A DNA stretch of 54,312 nucleotides, filler included, from Sphacelaria rigidula (taxonomy: Eukaryota): assembly GCA_964200075.2 (NCBI GenBank). It is 5 parts of 5 records of this genome, joined end to end, with 100 filler letters (N's around TTAATTAATTAA, not from the genome) between each part and the next. Parts side by side here need not be neighbours in the genome. Positions count along the whole stretch, not along the records: positions 10,885 to 21,667 come from CAXNAA020005921.1; positions 21,768 to 32,549 come from CAXNAA020005922.1; 3 more parts are not named here. One strand, given 5' to 3'. The position numbers and the translations under genes were made by a program. Shown one piece after another: positions 12,785 to 23,676 of this stretch (the stretch's first letter is position 1; every line of letters starts with the position of its first letter). The notes under the pieces were generated by a model, which worked only from the letters and a program-made list of their open reading frames with translations, had not been told where the DNA came from and searched no databases.

Positions 12785-14774
12785 CAAGGATCCTTTCTAT
12801 TTTTTTTCATCACGATGTAAGGTCATCATACTGTACGTATTGCTTTGTTGCTCCAATGTTTCGACGTGCGTGCGTTCTTGGTCCTTTGAGCGCCCGGAGA
12901 TGGATGGACGTCGATCCCAGTTTGTCAGTCGTGTTTTCCGAGTGAAAAATATTATGATACCTATTTTCATCGGCTGCCACTATCCTTGATGGTCAGAGGT
13001 AGCAGGGTGGATTGTCGTCCGTACATGAATAGAAAACATGTCACGCACGCGTCAGATTGCTACTCTCGTGATGGGCGAAACATTTATGCTGTCTCGGTGT
13101 GCTTCTGCTTCCACGCCGTGGGGGCAAAAATGGGTATCCCTTGCACTTCCCGCGAGGTCTCTTCGACCCTTGCGACGTACGGAACGCAGCAGTTTGCCAG
13201 TTGTTCACGAGAAAGTCAGAATCAGCCACTAAGATAGTGGGGCAGCCACGAAGCCTTACAAAATCGTCAACGGAGCAGTTAATTGCTGTGTTGTCGCTGA
13301 ACTGCCGCTGTGCCGTACTGTGTGTTCCACACACTCAGCCCGCACAGCGCTTGTACTGTGTGTACGATCTTATGGCAGTACTGTACATCCCTGTAAAGTC
13401 ATGCACGAAGTCTCAGCCCTGCACACAAGCCCGCTGCTGCGCCGACACTGGCTAAGCGCAAGGCGGATATGTTGTTGGACGTGCGTGAAAGAAAACGCAA
13501 AAGGCGGGTGTAACGGGTGCACCTGGATCACAGTCAGCTAGGGCGGAAGGTCACAGGTTCGAGTCTCGACAACTATGGAATGTTTTGAGCAGGAATCTGG
13601 TGCCCACCGTTGAAAGTGTGTGGACGCGAGTTTCATACGAAGTAAGAGTTTTTGACTAGAGTCGACGAGATGCGGGAGTATAGTATGTATTGTAGTGCGT
13701 ATGCATCCACAATACCGAACTGTGAGGCATGCCCTGTACCGTATCATACCTCAACGTATAGGGGCAGAAATCGTTTGACTCCTTGAGACTACGTACTCGT
13801 CTCGAGGAAGGGACATGACGGGAAAAAAAAACTTTATTTCGGCGTAAAAAAAGAATGGTAAGTAACAGGTCTATTTGTATTCACCCACGTTTCGGTGTAG
13901 TTCCCGCATCACCCCAGAAGAATGAATTCCCAGTGACCCCCCCGCTATCTCCGCCCCGAACTTCCCCCGCGCGGGCGCAAAACATTATTCAGTGGGATTA
14001 TCAGTCGGAAATGTTGTACCGAAAAACGAACAAAGCTTGGCGCTTGAAGGGTTGTCTTGTGTAATGGTTGAAACAAGGTATCATAAGGGAAGTATAGTCT
14101 TCCCGCCTGTCTGCCTCTTGGTACGTGGGCTATAGTCCTCCGCACTCGGGAACAAAAACCCATTCACCCGCAGCTAGAGAGGGACAAAACAATTGTACGA
14201 ATGTACGAGCCACCCCCTTCCCTCGTCTCGTGCCCCCCCCCCTCTCCTTTTTCTGATGGCACAGTTGCCAGGTACACCAGAGTCGTCGGACCTGAGGGGA
14301 CCGGTCTCCCGATGGCATGCGTTCATCGATCTCTGCGTTAGCTACCATCTTCCGGTTGGAGGGCGATTGACGGGGTGAGCGCTTCTTTTTCTAGTATTTT
14401 TTTTTCTTCCATCATAATTGAGGGTTGCTTCGGTGGAAGCAACACAGGAGGAATGGATACATTTCTTTTTCTACGCTCATTAATTTTATCACTGTAGTAC
14501 AATTATGACGTTGGAATTTCCCGTTCACAATGCCGATATTCGAATCAATCCTTTTTCGGTTTGACCGCACTGTGCGGAAGAATATCGAGCACACCTTCTC
14601 CATCGATATAGCGCCCCTTCCCCCCCCTTGAGCCCCCTCCGCGAGGTGACAATATTGAAGTGCCTAGCAGTCATCCTACAGTAATGTTGCAAGGCAATGT
14701 GTTACAATACAAAACGCGGGGGGGGTGTACGCAGGGGGTGGCCCACAAATATAAATTTGCACACAACAGGAGGT

Positions 14775-15520
14775 AATATGAAAGTAGAACCCAAGGAGGT
14801 CGGCCGCCCCCCCAAGCAATGGGAGGATACTCTAAAGAACCTACGTGCTCTAGGAGCTGTCCCGCACAATGGAGCCCGACAAAAGTGGTTCGTCTACGGT
14901 GTGGAGGTCATCGATGCATACGATTGGGTCACTGCGGCGAAGGACCTGGGCAAATGGCATATTGGAGTCGAAAAGGGAGCGCAAGAGTTTGAGGACACGT
15001 GGCGACGCGCGGACAAGCGAAAATCAGACCAACGTCACAAGCGAGAGGCTGCTACGTCGAGGGCTGCCAACCGGAAAATCCTTTCCTCTCATATCGGTTG
15101 TTGATTATGTCCTTAGTCGGTGGCTCCGCGGTGCCCACTGGTGTGTGTCTGCATCTACTCTGCTGCCACGAATCCCTTAAGCTTTTTTTTTTCTTTTTTT
15201 TTCCCATCATTCCATTGTATTCTTTCATCTAATTTGTACTTTCCTCTTGTTTTACTCTCTCTTGCTTTAGATCGGCCATTTCTTTTTGCGCTTTGCTTGT
15301 GTTGAATTTTTATTTTTATTTTTTGTCACGACTTAGTCTGCTATGTCGTTCTGTTCGACCCCCTTTTTTTCTGTCCCTATTGTTTTCTGTTCCGCCCCCC
15401 CCTCCTTTTTTTTCTTAGAGCGTGTTTGAATTCCGTTTCTCTTGAGTACGTCCATCATGAGACCACGGCTGGACCCCTGGAGTGTCAGTTAAAGTGCGAC
15501 AATCAATCAATCAATCAATC
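14775..15520 (+). mobile_element. 5'-truncated RTE-like LINE (ORF2 C-terminus, T-rich 3' UTR, (CAAT)n tail)
   Basis: GRPPKQWEDTLKNL...WVTAAKDLGKWHIGVEKGAQEF matches the RTE-clade C-terminal pattern GRP.K.W.D...W...A.....W...V..G; ends tcagttaaagtgcgacaatcaatcaatc. Confidence 0.75.
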
Positions 15521-15568
15521 AAGAAGATTGCACCCCACACCCCAATTTTTCGCTCAAAACCGACAAAT

Positions 15569-16215
15569 GGGGGGTGGAGGGAGAGGGTGGTGTACTCATG
15601 ACCTTGCGTACGGTAGTCATACGACCATCGACCTCGCATCCGTACACACCCGGGACGGAGCACGCCGGGCTTTCGCCCGACCAGGCTTGCAAACACCAAG
15701 TACGAATCGCGGTAATGTGTTCGGCGAGTCACATGGAGGGCGAGCTGCAGCTTGCTAAGATTGTTCGACCCGAAGCTACGGATTATCTCGCTGATGGATG
15801 CCAGCCTCCAATGAGTTGCTTCGTTTTCTAGTGTCGCCATTTCCAGAGACAGCCACAGGATGCACACTACCTCATTGGGGGTCTCAACATTGGAGAGAGA
15901 GGGGTTGGGGGGGTGTACTCATGATCATGCATGCCATGGCCATATGACCGTTGACCTTGCATCCCTACATTGCCGGGACGGAGCACGCCGGATTTTCGCC
16001 GGGTCAGGCTCCCACTCAATCACCAAGCGCGAAGCGCCGTGGTGTGTTCGGCGAGTCGCATGAAGGGTGAGCTGCATCCTGTTAAGAATGTTCACTCTGA
16101 AGCGTACTGATTTTCTTGCATTTGGATGACAACGTAATGAGTTCCTTCATTGTCTGGTATCGCAACTTCCGAGACAGCCATGGCTTATATACTGCCTCAT
16201 GGGTGTCTCGCCATT
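15569..16215 (-). mobile_element. Family B poly-C-bounded ~320-bp element, head-to-tail dimer
   Basis: Two similar units (15569-15890, 15901-16215) separated by a G-rich linker; further copies at 16439, 21768, 32437, 43091, 43532. Confidence 0.85.
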
Positions 16216-18194
16216 TAAACACTACGTAGTACGATCATCTTCATTGTGCGTAGTTGAGCTTCTCCTATGCCGCACAATATGATCTAGCTCTCCTACCGTC
16301 ATGGTTACCGCAAGAGAAAGCGCAAGCGCGCAAGAAAAATCGGTAACCTGGTTGCCTAGCTCACGCAGCGCGTGGCGTGTTTTATAGCGCCTTCACCAAC
16401 CGACGCCAACCCCATCGGGGGTCTGCCCCTTCAAAGCTGGGACGGAGCACGCCGAGTTTTCGCCGGACCAGGCAAAGAGGGGGGGGGGGAGTACGCGGAA
16501 TCTAGGCGATTGAGCTCCAGCAGTAGGCAGAGCTACGAAGATGCAGCTGGTACTTGCCGACACATTACGGGCATGTCAAGTGTAATGAGGGGTGAACTTA
16601 CTTCGCTGTCTATTCTGGAAAGATCCCTGGTACATGGGGATATGAATTTCCTGTGGTCTGTATCCCGGGCGGGCGATTTCCGTCTCATTTTAGGCTGATG
16701 TACGAGTAGTGGTGGGCAATGACAATAGCCACTGGGCATACCGTATGGAAACAATCTGAACACGAACGCGTATCAGATGGCTGTTAGTTGATTAATTCGT
16801 TGATTGTTGAACGTGAACTGGCTCCGCTACGCTGTGCATTTGCGGATGATGATAGGAGGGACGCATGTACCCACAGGTGTGATGAAACGAAAGAAAAAAA
16901 CACGCGCTACGCGTTAAAGTCGGGGAACAGGTGCAGAAGTAAACAAGCGGACAAGGAGAATACAGAAAACTAAATGAAAACATAAAGAAAAGAGGGGGGA
17001 GGGGGGGAGGGGGGGTGTTCACAAAATAAGATGTCAGTCTAAGAGTCAGTACGGATCTCGAATAAACCCAGCACAGACCCCCGCCGAAGCTTGAGGTGAG
17101 GAGGCCACACAACAGCTCAAGCCGCGGGAGTAGATGGCGACGCAGCTATCTGGAGACCGACCGCACTGGTAGGGTGGTGTTGGGAGTGGGAAACCTGACA
17201 GGGAAAAATCGAGAATCTAGTCAGCGTTGACTTTTTAGCAAGTACAGTGGTGTCGTCACTTTCAACAAAAAAATGATCGTGAGGTCCGTCAGGGCGTTCA
17301 GCTCCTCGAACCCCCACTTTCGCTCCAGGGTTGTCATCCCTGCCATCAACGCTGCTGCTGGCCCTGGCCCTCCTCTCTGCCAAAGTTTCAAGCGCCAAGC
17401 AGGCTTTATTTTTTTCGCCTTTTCTTGCCGAATTCGTCTCACTGTGGTGAGCAGGCAGGTTTGTATCTCGGTGTGTTTCTCATGAAGAAACCGGACAAGG
17501 CTAATCGAGGGGAGAGTCGAACAATCTTGGTCGTAAAAACTGAAGGCACAACTGGACATCTCCAACAGGCAGGCAGGTACTACTAGCCACCACCTCTGTA
17601 GGATATATGCTGTACATCTGTACATATGCATTCGTATGAGTAAAACCGAGTGAAGAAATATGTTGTAGGCTACCTATCTGGCAACCCTAGTCCTGTCGCC
17701 TTAGACGGTAACCGAATGGTATCATGTGTGTTGATAAGATGTAAATATTTTCCAGCTGGCAGACGCTATTCCCTGTGCAGCGTTGATCGTAGTATGTTCA
17801 ACATTTCCAAGTGTTTGCGATGCTCCCCTGTTCGCGCTCCAGAGCTCTCATTTTATTTCATGTCTGAGCGAACTTTCAGGGCCTAGCTCTCTTTTTCTCT
17901 TCTCTTTCCATACCCCCCCCGGTCTCGGATGCATTGGCTACGTGTATTGCTCAACTGAGTGCAGTGAAGTGTGTTGCGCCGTCCTGCGCTGTAACACCAG
18001 CTGCCCTCCTGTCCTGCCGACTATCTGTACCCGGCTACTGTACGTGGTAACTGTTCTCATCCAACACTATTCACATTCAAAGGCGTTGACATCGGCCGAC
18101 ATTTTGGGACGAACTACTTTCCCGCACCATGCCAACAATTTTCGATATGTTTCAAATTAGGCTGTTGTTCCCCACGCAGGGTTCCTCGGAATAT

Positions 18195-18890
18195 ATTACA
18201 CGTTGGACAACTCATGAGTTAGCTCAGTTCTTGGGTATGACTTATCCAGTGGTGAGAGGTACCGCTGAGCTATACCATATAGCTCATCTATTGAGCCGGT
18301 CGCCCCGGTGGCTCAGTTTGTGACCTCGAAACCTTCTGATGGTTGGGTCGTGGGTTCAAATCTCGGAGTGATCTGGGATTATTTTTCGCACTATGCCCAA
18401 CAGTAAAAAGCGATGTATCGTGGGTACCCAAAATTCGACATAACAGTCGACGAGGGAAGGGACTGCTGAACCCCTCTCGCGATAAGAAAATAGAGGCGAG
18501 CACCGCGCAGAAGGAAGGTGGGGTACCAAAAACAAATTAAATGAGAAAAAACTCCTGTGTTGACCTGCCTCCTGTGTGACCCCGGCTGGTGCGCCCACAT
18601 ATACCGAAAGGTATAGACTGGCGTGCAGAATAGATGGGACGACAACACAACAGTGGGAAAGTGTACCGCTTAGTTGCATCGTATAACTCAGCTAGTAGAA
18701 ATAGGTACGGTTGGGTTGTACGGTATTACTGGTGGAGATAGGTACTGGTGAACTATGTCGTATAACAGCGCCGATGGAAATTGATACCGCTAGGATGAAC
18801 CTCATAACCCATGCAGTGATGTCAGGTACCGCTGTGTTCTACGAAAATGAGTGAGCTCGAGTTGACGTGAGTTGAGTAGTCCAGCGTGTG
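18195..18890. mobile_element. Degenerate TIR element with ~41-bp palindromic units, interrupted by SINE A
   Basis: Repeated ggtaccgctgagttatac..tataactcag; inverted ends acacgttggacaactca / tgagtagtccagcgtgt; second partial copy at 19280-19440. Confidence 0.6.
18298..18652 (+). mobile_element. tRNA-derived SINE (family A), near full length
   Basis: A-box-like GTGGCTCAGTTTG and B-box GGTTCAAATC, ~280-bp body, CA-rich tail; four more copies in the window. Confidence 0.85.
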
Positions 18891-19650
18891 AATCCTTGTG
18901 TAAAGTGCTCCTCGGTGACCTCGGAATAAACACCGCGGACCATGCTTGACAAAAATACGAGTCCTTCTGGCTGACCAGACCATTGCCGCTTACTACTGCG
19001 GCTGTTGCTGTTGCTGCTGCTATGGCTTACTGATGAGATCGACGTTATCCTGTTTACTGCTGCCTTCACCTTGTTGCACCTATTGAGACCGTGGCGGACG
19101 CGATACAAAACAATCGTGCGTTGTTCGCCGTGTGTCACACGCCAATCAACGTTCTTTGCTATTTGTGAAGCGCGCGCGTGTATGTGTGTGCGGGTGTGTC
19201 CGAGATGACAAATATCAGAGCAGTAGAACAGTATAAGCACAACACGTACGCGGTACATCTCCATCCCTTGAAAAAGTAACCCGAGTGACAACATATGCCG
19301 TTGAGTTTGGTGCATGTCCCCAATAGAAAAAGTTGCCGCTGAATTATACCGCATAACTCAGCCAGCCGAAAAAGGTACCGCTGAGTTAACACGAAATGAA
19401 TTGACTCAAGTAAGTTTGAGTTGATTTGTCCGGCGTGTGGATTATTTTCATTATTCCCAAATCTTCTCAATGCTGCCCTGCCCGTGCTCTAGATAACATA
19501 TATCTTAGTTTCGCAGAATGTGGTGAGCGCAGCTTGACGTCTTGTTGAGAAACTTTATCCATCGCCTGTTATCCCAGTTTATTTTTTATTTTTGAAATTC
19601 TGACCCCCCTCCCTCTCCCGTCTTCACGCCCCGTCTCCCGAAAACTGCAG

Positions 19651-19933
19651 GTACCTGGCGCGGCCGCTTCCCTTGGCTCGCCCCGGCTGCAGCGTGTCCC
19701 CGCTCGTACCGTTCCCTGTCACCGTTCCGGAGAACTGTCCTTACTTCCCATACGAGGAAGCCTATATCACCGTTGTCACAAGAACGGAGGAGAAAAACCG
19801 AGGTATCGGTGCAATTGGTCCTGCCCCCCCACGGGAAGATTTGAGCGCGGCAAGTGCGCCCGCGCGGAAGAGGCAAAAACGCCTGCTTTTCGAAGCGTTA
19901 GTTAGGGATGGAATAGAGTTCAAGGAGGGCTAG
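19651..19933 (+). CDS. Putative terminal exon of an unidentified gene
   Basis: Pyrimidine tract + ctgcag acceptor, then YLARPLPL...CPYFPYEEAY...RKRQKR...EG-stop; no family recognised. Confidence 0.35.
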
Positions 19934-21450
19934 TCTCAGCGGCTGAGTTATATGCTGTTCGTTTTGGTGTGTGTTGACAGTAAGAGTTCTTTGTAAATAT
20001 GCTATACTGTACAAGGTTCCCGTTCGGGAGGTTGGTACTGGCCTCCCGGGGATGACGCAAGTCGAAAGTACATCATTGTTGTTCCTCTTCCATATTATGA
20101 AGGCATTTGTGTGGGAGAATCTGTACCTTCAAGTAGATACTGCCAATTTCCACAGTTTCAATCGTCTCAGACCAAAAGTGGAGATCATCACGGGAAGAGG
20201 GTTGTGTATTTCCATAATGAAAAGCTCGCTTCACGGGCGGTGTGCGGAGGTGGGAAAAGCACCATCACGCACGAGACCCGTCACAGCACATATAGCAAGT
20301 GATTGATACTGAAAAAAAGTCGCGTCCCGGTAGTACACGGCGAACTTGTGCAGGGTTCTCTACATGCCGGCCTCACCCCACGCGCACGGATTTCAAATAA
20401 CACTCGGTTAAAGATATATGCGTGAACAATGACTGGTACTCGATTTTACTTCATTTCAGACTGAAGAAAGCTCTGAGAAAATTCATGATTTTGGGCAGGT
20501 GAGCAGTGGTGAGCAGTAGATCCAGCTCGTCCAGAACGTGTTTTGGTCCAAAATTGGCTCAAAGGTGTCGATTTGAGCTCTCGCAACGCACGCTTTACTT
20601 CAGAAACACTCTGCAACCCCCTTGCCCGAGGGTTCTCGATATGCCTTGGTCGGTGTTGGGGTTAGGGTTAGCGTTAGGGTTGGCGGCATCTCCAAGTACC
20701 AACTATTGTGCACGTAGATTTCCTTAGGTCCGCTCTGTGAAGTACCTGCGTAGGGATGCATCTCTGTCACGAGGACATCTCTGCAATCCCTGTCACAAGG
20801 ACATCCCTGTGCTGGTACTTTACAGCTGCATCCTGTGAGGGAACTCTTTCTGACGGGTTGCATGATCACAGGGATTTCGGTACCCCCTGCGCTGGTCCTC
20901 CACAACAGGTGACCCACAGTGGGGACGTTTGCCCACGAGTGTACCCTGTTCAACTCGCCAACGGCTCATTGCACGGTCTTGTGTTTGCTGCTGCTAAAGC
21001 CAGGGCAATGACCAATTGGTTTCAACTGCTTTGCTCTCATATTCTCGTGACATTCGCTGCAACACCGCTGTCATCGTGCTCCCAAATCGATGACATATGC
21101 AAAGAAAATCACAGTGAAGACATACTCCGTCATGAACAGGTTTTTGTGGTTCCGGTTCGGGTTTGAAGTTTTCTATCATCTTGAGGCTTTTGTGGTTCGG
21201 GATCGCCACCCCGCGAAAAAGAGCCATTGTGGGCGACTTTCGATGGCCAAAACACGCGCCACAGGTATCATATGACACCCAAACCTGAAAGGCAATGTAC
21301 CTCTGCGCCTTTTTCGTGCACTGCAAAAGGAAGCGCGGGATGAGATGCCTTGCCGCCAGAGAAATCTCGGCAAATGTGATGAAAAACGCGAAATGATACA
21401 TGTACATATATGCACTATCAGAAGCCATAGTAGAGGATGTACTGTACTTT

Positions 21451-21602
21451 GGTCGCCCCGGTGGCTCAGTTGGTGGCCTCGTAACCTTATGACGGGTGGG
21501 TTGTGGGTTCAAATCCCGGAGTGATCTGGGGTTTTTTCTCACACCATACCCAGCAGTGGAGAGCGACTGTGTCTTGGGTACGAAAAATTCGACTTAAAAC
21601 AG
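21451..21602 (+). mobile_element. SINE family A, 5' part
   Basis: GGTCGCCCCGGTGGCTCAGTTGGT...GGGTTCAAATCCC. Confidence 0.8.
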
Positions 21603-21667
21603 CCAATCATCTATGTTGAGGATGGTGCTTTTCATTGAGGATGAGAACCCGGAGGATTAAAATCTTC

Positions 21668-21767
21668 NNNNNNNNNNNNNNNNNNNNNNNNNNNNNNNNN
21701 NNNNNNNNNNNTTAATTAATTAANNNNNNNNNNNNNNNNNNNNNNNNNNNNNNNNNNNNNNNNNNNN
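21668..21767. other. Artificial contig spacer
   Basis: N44-TTAATTAATTAA-N44. Confidence 0.98.
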
Positions 21768-21834
21768 GCTTTGTAGGGATGCGAGGTCAATGGTCTGATG
21801 ACTACGGCAGGCATGATCATGAGTACACCCCCCT
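21768..21834 (+). mobile_element. Family B 3' end at contig start
   Basis: gtagggatgcgaggtcaatggtc...gcatgatcatgagtacacccccc. Confidence 0.75.
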
Positions 21835-22360
21835 AAAACGTGCATGATTTTGGGAGGCAGAATCTTGACGTAAATCGAAATGGGAACAGCCGAGCACAAC
21901 GAGCAGCTGGGAAATCCCACGCTTGGGTTCCTTCTCGCCACAACATGAGGCGCTTCATGCACAGCCTGAACTCAAACATCAGGCGCTGTATGGCCATTTA
22001 TTTCGTGACACTTTTGGGCTGGTTTTGGGGAGGGGCGGGCTATCGTAAAAAGTGTCGGCTAATACCCCCAGGTGTCGGAGAAGCAAGCAGTTTTGTCCAA
22101 GAACGGTCAAGAACGTTCGAACCTAAAAAAAAATCGCCATTTTTCTCTGGACCTGATCGTCTCTGAACAAAAATACTTGTTTGGCCAAAATGAAAACTGC
22201 CACCACCGGAAAACGCGAAGATGTCCTTGAACCATCTCAACGAGTAGAGCAAAGACATTTCAAGGTGTCAAACTTCGCCCGGCTTATTTTGGGGGCATAA
22301 AACGATGTAGAAGCTCCAAAAAGACACTTTTTTCACATCTACAGTTTTATCTGTTACAAG

Positions 22361-22915
22361 ACCACGTTGTATGGCAACAAATCCGTATTTGTACAAATAT
22401 GAGGATTTCAGCCCGTTCAAATCCGATTTTCTCTCGTGGATTGATTTTTCGGACGCCAGTCCACTGGGCGATGGTTTTCGCCTAGCTTTGAGGAAACCAG
22501 ACCAGTTCTCCGATTCTCTGGATGCTGACCTTTTTATTCGTCAGCTCTTTGCTTAGATCGGGAGACTCTTCCCCTGAATCTGGGACCCAAATCGGGGGAG
22601 ATGCGGGAGTCTCCCGATCTGAGCAGAAAGGTGATGAACCAAAAGTCAGCGTCCAGAGAATCGGAGAATTTATCTAGCTTCCTCAGAGCTAGGCGAAAAA
22701 CATTGCCCAAGGGACTGGGGTTCGAGAAACTAATCCACGGGAGAAAATGGGACTTAACCCTGAGACCGCGAGATTAGTCTTTCTGGATCATGCATACTTT
22801 TTTTTACTTGAAATTGATGCCGATTCAACAAAAGACTAACCTCGCGGTCTAAGGGTTAAACGGACTGAAATCCTCGTATTTGTAGAAAAACGGATTGGTT
22901 GCCATACAATGAGGT
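22361..22915. mobile_element. Foldback (long inverted repeat) element
   Basis: ~210-bp imperfect arms around a short loop near 22570-22603; the opposite-strand ORFs read MATNPYLYKYEDFSPF and MATNPFFYKYEDFSPF. Confidence 0.88.
22758..22855. mobile_element. piggyBac-type MITE inserted in a foldback arm, TTAA TSD
   Basis: TTAA at 22754-22757 and 22856-22859; CCC/GGG termini. Confidence 0.9.
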
Positions 22916-23383
22916 TTAATAGTACCCATCATTTTTTTTCCTCGATGATTTTCTCGCGCGCATCCCATCGTAAGATAGGCCCTGAACATTGTGACTGCAA
23001 CGCAAGGTGATTCATCACTTTGGCGAGTCTTATTTTGCATGATAACACGAGCATGGTGCACCGCCAGCTTAGGTCATCTGGTCCTCCCCCAATTTTCAGC
23101 GACGCCAACTCGAGTTAAAATATGTAAAACTCTAGCCTACAAGTAGGGCACTTGGCGCACGTCCCTTGCCCAGCCGCTTTCACACTCCCTTCTGTAGAGG
23201 CTTGTTCAAGGTTACCCCTTTTGAAACGGGAGTGGACTAACCCGGGTGAGGAAGGGGCCTATCATGAATCGGCATCAACTCTACCTGAAAGCCACTGAAA
23301 ATGTTACTGATTCACGCATGGACCCTGGGCGAAGACCACATCCAAACCCTTGGTTAGTAGGGGTCTGGTCCCCAAGGGGTTAA

Positions 23384-23676
23384 CCCCTACACGACGAGAG
23401 TAGGTCATTTCTTGAATCGGCATCGATTTCACTTCAAATAAGTATGCATGATCCAGACGAACTACTCTCCTCACGGTCCTCGGACGGCGAGAGTAGGTCA
23501 TCTGTCGAATCAACATCAATTTCACTTGCGAATAGGATGCATGATGCAGATGGACTACCCTCGCGGTCTAAGGGTGAAGGCCAACCCTTTGACCGTCACC
23601 AGCTGAGGAGGCATCAATGTTCACATGAAAAAAGTACGCATGATCCAGGTGGACTACCCGCACCGCGGTCTAGGGG
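23384..23676. mobile_element. Tandem trimer of diverged TTAA-MITE units
   Basis: Three ~100-bp units with gaatcggcatc.atttcac...tatgcatgatccag, bounded by TTAA|CCCC and GGGG|TTAA. Confidence 0.7.

Noticed and set aside
21451..21530. Functional tRNA gene
   Set aside because: The head continues into a conserved SINE body, the copies differ in the anticodon region, and the D-arm is not canonical.
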